From contig JANHCV010000007.1 in the NCBI GenBank assembly GCA_025594325.1, positions 62,001-126,000 of the forward strand: DNA of 64,000 bases, read 5' to 3'. The DNA comes from Blastocladiella emersonii ATCC 22665 (taxonomy: Eukaryota; Fungi; Blastocladiomycota). Positions 48,601-58,006 of the stretch are shown here, piece after piece. The translations under genes were made by a program, and so were the position numbers. Numbering within the stretch: the stretch's first letter is position 1; each line of letters opens with the position of its first letter. Below the pieces are notes generated by a model. That model was given only the letters and a program-made list of their open reading frames with translations. It was not told where the DNA came from and searched no databases.

Positions 48601-49576
48601 CGGCCCAGCGCGAGGGTTCGCCCTTCAGGTGGACGACAGGGGAAGCCCGGTCGATTTTGGTTGCAAGAATCGCCGGCTCGGGGTCCTCGTCGGCAAACAC
48701 GGCATCAGTAGCAAGCGAGGGCATGAGGCGAAGCTTGATGTTCGAGGGCTTGAACAGCTTGTGGATGCCGACGCGGCGATGCTCGTCGTCAAAGTAGGGA
48801 TCGAGAGCGCAGGACGCCTCGAAATCGGACAGTTTGAGAGTGCGCAGATCAGCCAAGGTCCACGGCTCGGCGCGCGGGGGCAAGCGGTAGTAAACAGTTC
48901 GGAAGTCGTTGAGTGCATGTGCATGAGCTGGTCGACGATGGTTGCTGTAGCGGTTGAACTCGAGGACCGGTTCGAGCCGGAAAGTCAGCTCTGCAAGGAC
49001 CGGCCGGGAGCGGTGATCCCAGCGCGCCTCCTTATCAAGCTTGCGACGAGGCATTAGAAAACGCGTGAGCTGCTCAGCGGTGGTTGAGCGGAGGAACAGG
49101 TCTATGGGGGCAGCCCCTCACCTAGTCAGCGCGCGATGATCGTACGTCGGCAGTATGGAATCGAGCGTACCGGGCTGGTCGTTGCGATGGGCTGCAGTGT
49201 TCACCCATTGATCGGAGTCAGGGAACCCGGAAGCAAGAACGGTGTCCTCATCGGCGAGCTGGCGGACATAGCGCGGGTCGCCCTCGTGGACGGCAAGGTT
49301 GGAGAAGCCGCGTTTAAGCGACTCGGCAGTTTACGGGAACGGGATCCACCAGCCCGAAGCGACACGTTCGGCGTAAAGGCGCCGCTCAAACTCCTCGGTC
49401 GTGCGAGGCGACTCGGGCAGCTGTACAGTAGATGAAGATTGGTCGATTGAGAGCGGTAGGAATGAATCTTCGGTGGGACCAGCGACCTTGCGTCGTTTAG
49501 GCGCGCCGGCCGTAGCCCGCGTGCGCTTCGAAGGGCCCGCGGCTGCCGGTTTGTTGGCAGCGGTAGCGCGCGGCAT
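45698..49576 (-). CDS. Degenerate SNF2/Rad5-like RING protein, paralog 1; in-frame TAA in exon 1 (49331-49333), or translated from ATG 49054
   Basis: ATLLLC, ADIVLL, WFHRVVIHD, RING CSCC..CGHVVCGDC..CSAC, GSKISAI, KVVVWTQY, ATHVVFAHP and VARFVASGTAE. Conserved phase-1 intron 49102-49170. Confidence 0.75.
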
Positions 49577-49591
49577 GGTCGACAATAACGT

Positions 49592-49601
49592 TGCAGCAAG
49601 T
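49592..49601 (-). promoter_or_regulatory. Conserved ACTTGCTGCA motif upstream of paralog 1 ATG
   Basis: The exact 10-mer also lies upstream of paralogs 2 and 3. Confidence 0.45.
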
Positions 49602-49833
49602 TTCAATCAGCGTTACATGGGAAATGGGCTGCTGTCGTGGAGGCGGAGCGGAGGAGCGAAGCGAAAGCGTCGATCGATTCGCGTGGAACACTGCTGGCCG
49701 CCGCACGTGGCCCGGGTGAGAGGCGCAGCGCGTCGCCGTTCCTTAAAAACTGCAGCATCGGAAACGCAGTAGGGGCACAGTACAACTATCCTGATTATAA
49801 AATGCGAATGCCAATGACGGGGAGACAACGTAA

Positions 49834-52663
49834 CTAGTCCCACGGCACCCGCGTGCGCTGGGCCAAGAGGTACTCCTCAACGGTACTCACAGCCACAAAC
49901 CGGGTGAAGTATACACGCTTCGCCTTGCTGCCCGGCGTGACGGTGTGGCCGAGGAGCTTCATCTCGAGTTCGCGGGCCTCGAGTGCCGTCGGAGCGAGCA
50001 TTGAATGCGCAAACACGACGTGGGTGGCGAGGTCGAGGCGGGCACAGTCAACGCGAGCATCTGGGTGCAGGACCATCACTGCGTGCCGATTGCGGCCCTC
50101 CTTGAACGCGGGCGGCGCCAACGCGAAGGCGGCCGCGCCAGTTGCGGTCCCGTTCATGAGAGTGATTCCAGTTGCCTGTTTGAGGGGACCTGCAAGCGCG
50201 GCGGCGAACTCGGCAAACTGTGTCCACACGACGACCTTGATGATTGAGTCCAAGTCCTTGGACTTCGAGAACGCCGAGTTGGAACTGGCCGACTTGGAAA
50301 TGGAAATGGTCGACTTGATAAGCGAGATGATGGCGTGCACTTTGGACCCGTGGTCCAGAACGGTGGCGGAGCTGCTCGAGTGTCGTGTCACAAACTGTGC
50401 ATCGACTGGTCTGCCGCACGACATACAGCATTCACTGATTGCGTCGGCGCACTCGACGCAGAAGACGTGCGCGCACGGTGTGACGGCAAAGGGGTTGCGC
50501 TTCGCATCAACATGCACGGTGCAGCGGACGCACGCCAGCGTCGCGGCAGCTGTGGAATCGGCAAAGGCTGCAGCAGCGGTGATAAGTGGAGTGGCGGCGA
50601 GGTGCCCATTGCGCTTGCGGGTGGCAAGATCGAGGCGCAGGTGCCAGTCGCGGACAAGCGTTACAAGCGACCGTAGGCGCCCGACGTCATTCGGCGTTGG
50701 CTCAGTGGTGCGTAGGGCGGTCCCCAAAACAGGCACACCAAGGTCGGCAGCCGTAATCCCGTTCTGCAGGACCCAGCGGCGCGCGGCGGGCCAGTTGCCG
50801 ACGGCATCTCGGACCGCGCCGCGTACCGCACTGAGACCAGCAATCGCAGACGTAACAGTCGCTTCAAGTTTCCCAAGCTCGGCGGGGGCGGCGTCAAGAA
50901 GCGCTGGGCAAACAGAGGCGCTGGAAGCGAGCCGTCCTTGAGCGGGACGGTGGGCGAAGCGATTTGGTGGTGCTGGAACCGCTTGAGGTACTCGCGCACG
51001 GTCAACGGCGCGGACGAAGCAATGCCAGCATGTGCGAGAAGGATCTCAGGAGGCGACGGCCGAGCAACACGAACGATATGTGCCGGGGTCGATTCTTTGC
51101 TAATCGATGCATCAAAAGTGATGCCGTTCACGAATGCCTCCCTGGGGTCCGTGGTGCAAGGGGCGGATTCGGGGAGGCAAAGCGGGAGTGCGCGCAGGGG
51201 ATGCGTCAAGTTCGAAGCACGCGTGACGTGGATAGTGGACGACCCGCGGAACGCGGGCAGGACTTTGACTAGCGCGCGCGCCATTTGGCAATCATTCACG
51301 TACTGCTGTTCATCCAGGCGCTGCTGTTCACTCCACTTGGTCAAAGCGGCAAAGTACCGCTCGCGGCCGTAATGCTCGCTCAAAAGCTCGCGTTCGTCGT
51401 CATCGGAGGACCCGTCCTCGAACGACTCAAGTGCCGGCCTGGGGCGCTTGGCGGGCCGGCGGGGCTCCTCGACCATTTCCTCCGAGCCAAACACGATGAG
51501 GCGGTGGAACCAAGTGCCCTCGAAAACAACCCCGATCGAGCCGAGCTGTTCGGCCGAGTCGCCGTCGTCCATCCAACCATAGCCGCGTCGCTGTCCGAGT
51601 CGTAGTCGAAATCGAAGTTGTCAGAATCGTCGGCCGCGTTGCCGCCGTCGTCCAAGTCGGGCTTGACGCTCGGAACAGTCGGACAAGTCTCGTCAAGAAT
51701 GCCGCGCTGCGCGTTGAGCGTCGTTTTGACGTACATGTCGAGCTGCTGCGAGAACGTAGCGGCACCGCCGTCCGCATCGTAGTAATCGTCGTCGTCATCG
51801 TCCTCACGTGGGACAATTGCGTTACCGCTGCGGAGACGAGAAGCCTTGGACCACGGACACGGGTAGCGGCATACCGTATGCCCGCTAACGAGCTGGCGCA
51901 CCGCAGCGCGGTACGAGTTGGCCAGAAGCACTTCGGGCGCGAGGACGACCACGTCGGCGCGCTGCACGTCGTCGAGTTTGAGGTAAGACACATCCATCGA
52001 CTGAGAGACTGTAATGACGCGGGCCGATTCGGGCAGCAGCGCGCGCACCTTGGCGATAACCTCGGCGTGATGCACACGCTTACACACAATGAGAGTCGCG
52101 CGCGAAGGGAAGGACTTGTCGCGATTCTCATCGTCGATCTGGACCGCGTCGGGCGATGGACACGGCCGGACATGCGCAAGAGCGAGGAAGGGTTTCACGC
52201 AAGCGGCCTTGAGAGAAGAGACGCCGACCACGGGTCCAATGCATCCGTGCTGACTCTACGCACCGGGCTGGTCGTTGGCGACGGGTTGGACGTCCGCCCA
52301 CCCTTCGCTTTTGGGAAACCCAGCGGCAAGCACCGAGTCCTCGTCAGCAAGGCGCAGAGCCGGACTGCGGTGCTCGGACGGGGAAGCGTCGCGACCCGGA
52401 ATCCACCAGCCAGGCGCGGCCCGTTCGGCATAGATGCGGCGCTCAAGGTGCTCGGCCGACTCGGGAACGTTGAGCGGGACGGACGGTACCGGTTCGTCAA
52501 CGGCCAGGGGCTCGTAAGGGTCGGTCGCGGAAGCAACGACTTTGCGCCGTTTGGTGGCAGTAGCCGCCTTCGCAGACGGGGCGCGAGTGCGCTTCGCGGG
52601 GGCCGGCGCGGCAGCGTCGTCGCCGGCTGCACTGGCCCTTGAGGTTGGTGTTGCGCGCGGCAT
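49834..52663 (-). pseudogene. Degenerate SNF2/Rad5-like RING paralog 2: ~1.2-kb internal deletion and two frameshifts
   Basis: Exon 1 ends NDQPG|GTGCGT at 52263 and reaches the VGVSSL segment only 32 nt later (about 1210 nt in paralog 3). Frame changes occur near 51595 and 50898. The RING and C-terminal motifs are retained. Confidence 0.8.
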
Positions 52664-52685
52664 GAGAAGGCGTGCTCAATGACAA

Positions 52686-52695
52686 TGCAGCAAGT
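52686..52695 (-). promoter_or_regulatory. Conserved ACTTGCTGCA motif upstream of paralog 2 ATG
   Basis: Exact 10-mer shared by all three paralogs. Confidence 0.45.
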
Positions 52696-52881
52696 ATTTA
52701 CTCAAGTTGCATGGGCTACGTCAACGTATTATCGGCGAAGGGGAGGCCGAGCGTGGGAGACGGGTTAGCTCGGTCGCCGGAGGAGTCACCCAGCCCCGCT
52801 CAGTGAGGCTGCAGCACGCAACACTCGTCCGCCGAAAGCCGTACAAGACTTCGTTACGATATTACACTCTCCAGTATCAAC

Positions 52882-55800
52882 TCAGCTCCACGGGACCCGT
52901 GTCCGCTCGGCCGTCATACCAACCTCGGCCGTGCCGTTGGCCACGAACCGCGCGACGTGGACGCGCTGCTGGCCGCTGCCCGCGTACACGGTCTTGCCGA
53001 GGAGCTGCATCTCGAGCTCGCGGGCCTCGAGCGCCGACGGGGAGAGCATCGGGTGCGCGAACACGACGTGCGTCGCGAGGTTGAGGCGGGCCTCGTCGAA
53101 GCGCGATTCCGGGTGAAGAACGAGCACGGCGGGCTTCTTGGCGCGCTCCTTGAACCCGGGCCCCGGCGCCTTGACGGACGCGGCATCGGTCGCGGTCCCG
53201 TCCATGAGCGTGATCCCGGTCAGCTGCTTGAGCGCGGGCGCGAGCGCGGCGGCGAGCCCCGCGTACTGCGTCCACACGACGACGTTGACGTCCGTGTCCT
53301 CGGCCTCGCCGACGGCCGAGAAGATGTGTGCGGCGATCGCGTCGACCTTGGCCCCGTGCTCCGACATGACGGTCGAGCCGCCCGAGTACCGCGTTGCAAA
53401 CTGCGCGTCGACGGGTCGGTTGCAGGCCGTGCAGCGGTCGCCGATCGCGTCGGTGCAGTCGCCACACAGGACGTGCGAGCACTGCGCGACGGCGAACGCG
53501 TCACGCCGCACATCGACATCTACGGTGCAGCGGGCACACGACAGCGTCGCTGCGGCAGCGGGACCGGCGAGAGCCGCAGCGGCAGCGACGAGCGGAGCGG
53601 CCGCGAGATGTGCGTCGCGCTTGCGGATGGCGAGGTCGAGCCGCAGCCGCCAGTCGCGGACCAGCGTGACAAGCGAGCGCAGGCGCGCCAGCTCGTCGGA
53701 AGTCGGGTTGGTGGCGCGCGTGGCCACTGCGGGCGCCGCCGGCGTAGGAGCGGCGACATCGGCGGCCGAGAGCCCGTGCCCGAGAACCCAGCGGCGAGCC
53801 GCGGGCCAGGTAGCGACGGCAGAGCGGACCGCGGCACGCGCGCTCTCGAGCCCCGTCATAGCGGTGGCCACGGTGCGCTCGAGCTGCGCGAGCTCGGCCG
53901 GCGCCGCGTCGTGGAGGCGGCGAGCAATCGAGGACACGGCCATGAGGCCGTCCTTGAGCGGCGCGAAGCGCGACCCGAGTTGGTGGTGCTGGAACCGCTT
54001 GAGGTATTCGCGGATCGTGAGCGGGGCCGTACCGGTGACGGCGGCGTGGGCGAGCAGGACCTCGACAGCGGATGGCTGCACGACGTGGGTCGCGTGCTCG
54101 ACGCGCGGGTACGGCGCAGACGAGGACGAGGCGTCGATGGTGATGGCGTTCACGAACGCGCCCCATTCGGGATCGCTCATGCGGGGAGCGTCGGCGGGGA
54201 GGCACAGGGTGAGTGCGCGCTTGATCCGCGTCAGGTACGTCGAGCGGGTGACGTGGATGGTGGTGGACCCGCGGAACCCGGGGAGGATCTTGGCGAGCCG
54301 GCGCGAGCGCTCGAGGTCCTCCTCGTACTTCTTCTGGGCCTCGTACTGCTCCTGGTGCCACTCGGCGAGGGCAGCCTCGTGCCGACGGCGGCGGTTGTAC
54401 CCGCCGCGGTTGCGCCAGCCGCCGCCGCCCCACCCGCCGCCCCAGAGGCCGCCGCCCATGAAGCCGTCCTCGTCCTCGTCGGAGCCGTACTCCTCGCCGT
54501 ACGAGTCGTACCCGCCGTAGTCGTCGTCGTAGTCGTACCAGCTTGACCTGGGCTTGGGCTCCTTGACGGGCGCGCGCGGCTCCTCGACCATCTCCTCGGA
54601 CCCGAAGATGATGACGCGGTGGAACCAGATGCGCTCGAAGATGACCTCGACCTTGCCGACCGACTGGCCGTACCCGTAGATGTCTAAGGCGGGGCGGTGC
54701 CGGTAGCCGGACGAGTTCTCGTCCGAGTCCTCCTCGTCAACCTCCTCCTCCTCTTCCTCTTCGTCGTCTTCGTCACCACCGCGGCTCCCGCTACCAGCCT
54801 CCTCCTTGACCGATTCGTAGACGCGCTCCTCGGACACCTGCTCGACCGTCCCCTCGAGCTCGTTGTCGCGCTGCACCTCGAGCCGCTTCTGGACGTACTC
54901 AGCGAGCTGCTGGGAGAAGATAAACTTGATGTTGATGCCCTCCTCCTCGGCAATTTCGTAGGCGTCGTCGCCGCTGAGCCTCGCGGCGTCGGCGCGCGTG
55001 AGCGGGTAGCCGTAAAAACCCTTGACGGCCTCGGCCACGGCGTCGTGGTACGCGTTAGATACGAGGGCCTCGATGGCGAGCACGACGACGTCAGCGCGCT
55101 GCACGGCCTCGAGCGTCAGCTTCGGCACGTCGGTGGCGTGGCGAGCCGCGAGGATCTCGGCCGAGTTAGGCAGCGCGGCGCGCACGTTGGCGAGAACGTC
55201 CGTGTAATGCGCGTCGCGGCAAACGATGAGCGTCGCGCGCGACGGGAAGTACTTGCCGCGCTCGGCCAGCTCGACGTCGACGGCAGCGGGTGAGGGACAC
55301 GGGCGCGCGTGGGCAAGCGCGAGGACGGGCGTCATGAGCTTTGCGGAAAGCGTCGAGATGCCGACCATGAGCTGGCGTGCGTCAAACGGCGACGAGTGCG
55401 AGTCTTCGACGGGAGCGGAAGGAGACAGGATGTCGCGCTCGGCCCATTCGTCGGCAATCGGGTTGAACAGCACGCCGCCGGGACCGAGGCGGATGTAGGG
55501 GTACCCTTCGTCGGAGGGCGACTTGGTAGCGCGGGGAGCGGACCCACCCTCGCGGGTGACGAGCCATGAGAGCGTGGAGTTGTCGTTGCTGCCGAGCGTA
55601 GCGCGGAAGCCGGGCAGAGCGTTGGAGCCCGGTTCAGCCTTGACGCCGGCCTGCGCGGCATCCGGAGCGGCCGCGGGATCGGTCCACGTCGGGGCGTGAT
55701 CGGCCGAGGAAAAGATGCGGCTCGTGTCGGGCGCAATGCGGTTCATGCCGGACACGGGAAACAGCTGGAAGATCTTGTGCAGAGCACGCTGCGCGCCGGA

Positions 55801-56991
55801 GACATGGGCGCGGAGGTCACGGTTCAGGTCTGCAGTGCGCAGGACAATGTCCCAGGCGTAAAAGTACTGGATGCCGGGCTGGGACGCCGGGTAGGACACG
55901 TTGCGGACCGGCCGAACGAGGATGCGCAGGTACTTGGTAAAGGACAGGTCGGGCTCGCGCAAGAAAGCGGGGCAATCGTCGAGCTTCGGCAGTACGAGGT
56001 CGCCGGACCGCACGGCCCAGCGCGCCATAAAGTCGCGGGTGTTCAGGACCGTTGGCTCAGAACGCGCGGTGGCGAGCTCGGCGGGCTCGGCCTCCTCGGC
56101 AGCAAACGCAGCGTCGCCAGCGAGCTTGGCGAGGGCATAGAGCTTGATGTTCGACGGCTTGAACGCCTTTTGGGAAGTCAGGCCGTGGTTGTCCGCGTCA
56201 AAGTACGGATCGACCGAGTAGCTGTGGGCAAAATCAGTGACCTTGAGCGTGTGAAGATCGTCGAGCGTCCACGGCTCGGCGCGCGGGCGCAAGCGGTAGT
56301 AGACGTTACGGTGCTCGATCTCGCCAGGGAGCTCCTCCCCGTCAAAGAACACGGGAATGGTCTCGGCGCGGTTGAAGAGCAGAAGCGGCTCGGCATGAAG
56401 CGAGAGCTCGCCGAGAACGGGGCGCTCCTGCGACTCCCAGCGACCGCGGGCATCGAGGCTGTCACGCGGGAGCGGGAAGCGCGTGTGCATGTCGACGTGA
56501 ACAGAATGGAGTAGCAAGTCTGCTCGGATTTGAGTTAGCAGCTGGTTCACCTGTCGCGACACTGCACCCGGGCTGTACATACCCGGCTGGTCGTTGCGAA
56601 CAGGTCGGGCGTCGGCCCATGCGTCGGTCTCGGGGACCCCCGAGGCGATCACCGCGTCGACATCGGCGAGGAAGGGCGAGATTTGCGCAGGCGGGCCGCC
56701 TTGGGAGGGCCCGGTCGGATCGCGAAGCGGGACCCACCAGCCCGAAGCGGCGCGCTCGGCGGAGATACGGCGCTCGAGCTGCTCGGGTGTCTCGGGCAAG
56801 CGGAGCGGGATGAACGACGCGGGCTCGTCGACGGACAGTTGCACGTAAGCGTCGGAAGCGGGGGCAATGACCTTGCGCCGCTTGGCGGGCGTCGTCGCCT
56901 TCGCGGACGAGGCGCGCGAGCGCTTGGCCGGAGCCGGCGCGGGGGCATCGGGGTCGGCCGCGCCGGCACTCTTCTTGGAAGCGCGAGGCAT
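52882..56991 (-). CDS. Degenerate SNF2/Rad5-like RING protein, paralog 3 (intact, ~1348 aa after splicing 56520-56582)
   Basis: Bipartite NLS-like PAKRSR..PAKRRK; GGVLFNPIADEW; RATLIVC; WFHRVIIFGSE; RING CARC..CSHVLCGDC..CTAC; GAKVDAI..VVVWTQY; LNLATHVVFAHPML; VARFVANGTAE. Confidence 0.82.
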   Translation of the reverse strand: MPRASKKSAGAADPDAPAPAPAKRSRASSAKATTPAKRRKVIAPASDAYVQLSVDEPASFIPLRLPETPEQLERRISAERAASGWWVPLRDPTGPSQGGPPAQISPFLADVDAVIASGVPETDAWADARPVRNDQPGMYSPGAVSRQVNQLLTQIRADLLLHSVHVDMHTRFPLPRDSLDARGRWESQERPVLGELSLHAEPLLLFNRAETIPVFFDGEELPGEIEHRNVYYRLRPRAEPWTLDDLHTLKVTDFAHSYSVDPYFDADNHGLTSQKAFKPSNIKLYALAKLAGDAAFAAEEAEPAELATARSEPTVLNTRDFMARWAVRSGDLVLPKLDDCPAFLREPDLSFTKYLRILVRPVRNVSYPASQPGIQYFYAWDIVLRTADLNRDLRAHVSGAQRALHKIFQLFPVSGMNRIAPDTSRIFSSADHAPTWTDPAAAPDAAQAGVKAEPGSNALPGFRATLGSNDNSTLSWLVTREGGSAPRATKSPSDEGYPYIRLGPGGVLFNPIADEWAERDILSPSAPVEDSHSSPFDARQLMVGISTLSAKLMTPVLALAHARPCPSPAAVDVELAERGKYFPSRATLIVCRDAHYTDVLANVRAALPNSAEILAARHATDVPKLTLEAVQRADVVVLAIEALVSNAYHDAVAEAVKGFYGYPLTRADAARLSGDDAYEIAEEEGINIKFIFSQQLAEYVQKRLEVQRDNELEGTVEQVSEERVYESVKEEAGSGSRGGDEDDEEEEEEEVDEEDSDENSSGYRHRPALDIYGYGQSVGKVEVIFERIWFHRVIIFGSEEMVEEPRAPVKEPKPRSSWYDYDDDYGGYDSYGEEYGSDEDEDGFMGGGLWGGGWGGGGWRNRGGYNRRRRHEAALAEWHQEQYEAQKKYEEDLERSRRLAKILPGFRGSTTIHVTRSTYLTRIKRALTLCLPADAPRMSDPEWGAFVNAITIDASSSSAPYPRVEHATHVVQPSAVEVLLAHAAVTGTAPLTIREYLKRFQHHQLGSRFAPLKDGLMAVSSIARRLHDAAPAELAQLERTVATAMTGLESARAAVRSAVATWPAARRWVLGHGLSAADVAAPTPAAPAVATRATNPTSDELARLRSLVTLVRDWRLRLDLAIRKRDAHLAAAPLVAAAAALAGPAAAATLSCARCTVDVDVRRDAFAVAQCSHVLCGDCTDAIGDRCTACNRPVDAQFATRYSGGSTVMSEHGAKVDAIAAHIFSAVGEAEDTDVNVVVWTQYAGLAAALAPALKQLTGITLMDGTATDAASVKAPGPGFKERAKKPAVLVLHPESRFDEARLNLATHVVFAHPMLSPSALEARELEMQLLGKTVYAGSGQQRVHVARFVANGTAEVGMTAERTRVPWS

Positions 56992-57007
56992 GACGGTGCG
57001 AGGGCGA

Positions 57008-57017
57008 TGCAGCAAGT
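57008..57017 (-). promoter_or_regulatory. Conserved ACTTGCTGCA motif upstream of paralog 3 ATG
   Basis: Exact 10-mer shared by all three paralogs. Confidence 0.45.
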
Positions 57018-58006
57018 TCTTATTCGAGATACATCAGATGAGCGGGGTGTCTCGTTGCTCGAGGGGAGCCTGCGAGGTCGGCGACAGTGAACAGCAGGGG
57101 GCGCGATGGGAGTCACACCGCACATTCGATCACGCTCGCGTGAGCACCGCGGCGACGCGTAAAGGAGACCCGCTCTCAAAGAAGCGACACGGTAGTCGCT
57201 CGGAAGAAAATTATACCCCGGATATTTTCTATCGGTCCCGATCGAACTTGCATTTGCGGGCAGCGGCCCTGATCGGAAGCTCTGTCCCCACCGACACGAC
57301 GGCAGGCACTTCCGCAGCACCCTCCAATGCCCTCAAGCTGTCCACACCCGGAGGATGAGGGCACGGTCCTTGCACTAAGTTGGCCCTCGCCAAGCTTGAT
57401 CGAAAGCTCGATCGAATTCGGCGCGTCGATCACGCCGCATCAGCTGATTCTCGCGACGCGTCGCGCCGACGCGTCTCGCACCTCGCGCACACGCCCTCGG
57501 CACCCGAGACGTTCGTTCAAGTAGGTGGAGTAACAAGAACGGACGCGCGCGCACGCACACGCGCGGACCCGCGAGACCTCGACCCGCCGGTCGACGAAAA
57601 ATTATGCCGTGGTCGCAGGCGGGCGCGCGTCGCCGTTCCAGCGTGTGGCCCGCGCCTGCCCACCCGCCGCCCGCCCGCCCTCCCTTGGCGCCCTCTCCGC
57701 TCACGCTCTCTCCTTCCTCGACCCTACATCATCTTCACGCCATCCCCGCCCTAGATCCATCACTACCCCGCGTCCCTCGTGGACCACTCACTCAACATAG
57801 ATCATCCCCTCGATTGCAAGTTGCCGCCGGCTGCTCGTTTGCTGCCCGCGCTCTGTTCCTTCCACCCATTGCTCGTTCGACTCTCGATACCCTCCGGCCC
57901 GCTACACGGCCGACTACCGCCATCCTCGCCTCGCACCGACCACGCCCGCCTTGCACCCTTGCTCCACCACACACTCGTTTGCCTCCCTCTCGCTCCGTGA
58001 TCGATC

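Noticed and set aside
39037-57017. Island as an endogenous giant virus or Starship-type element
   Set aside because: No capsid, packaging ATPase, PolB, late transcription factor or tyrosine-recombinase captain was seen, and the genes carry spliceosomal introns. Not excluded for flanking sequence, but unsupported here.
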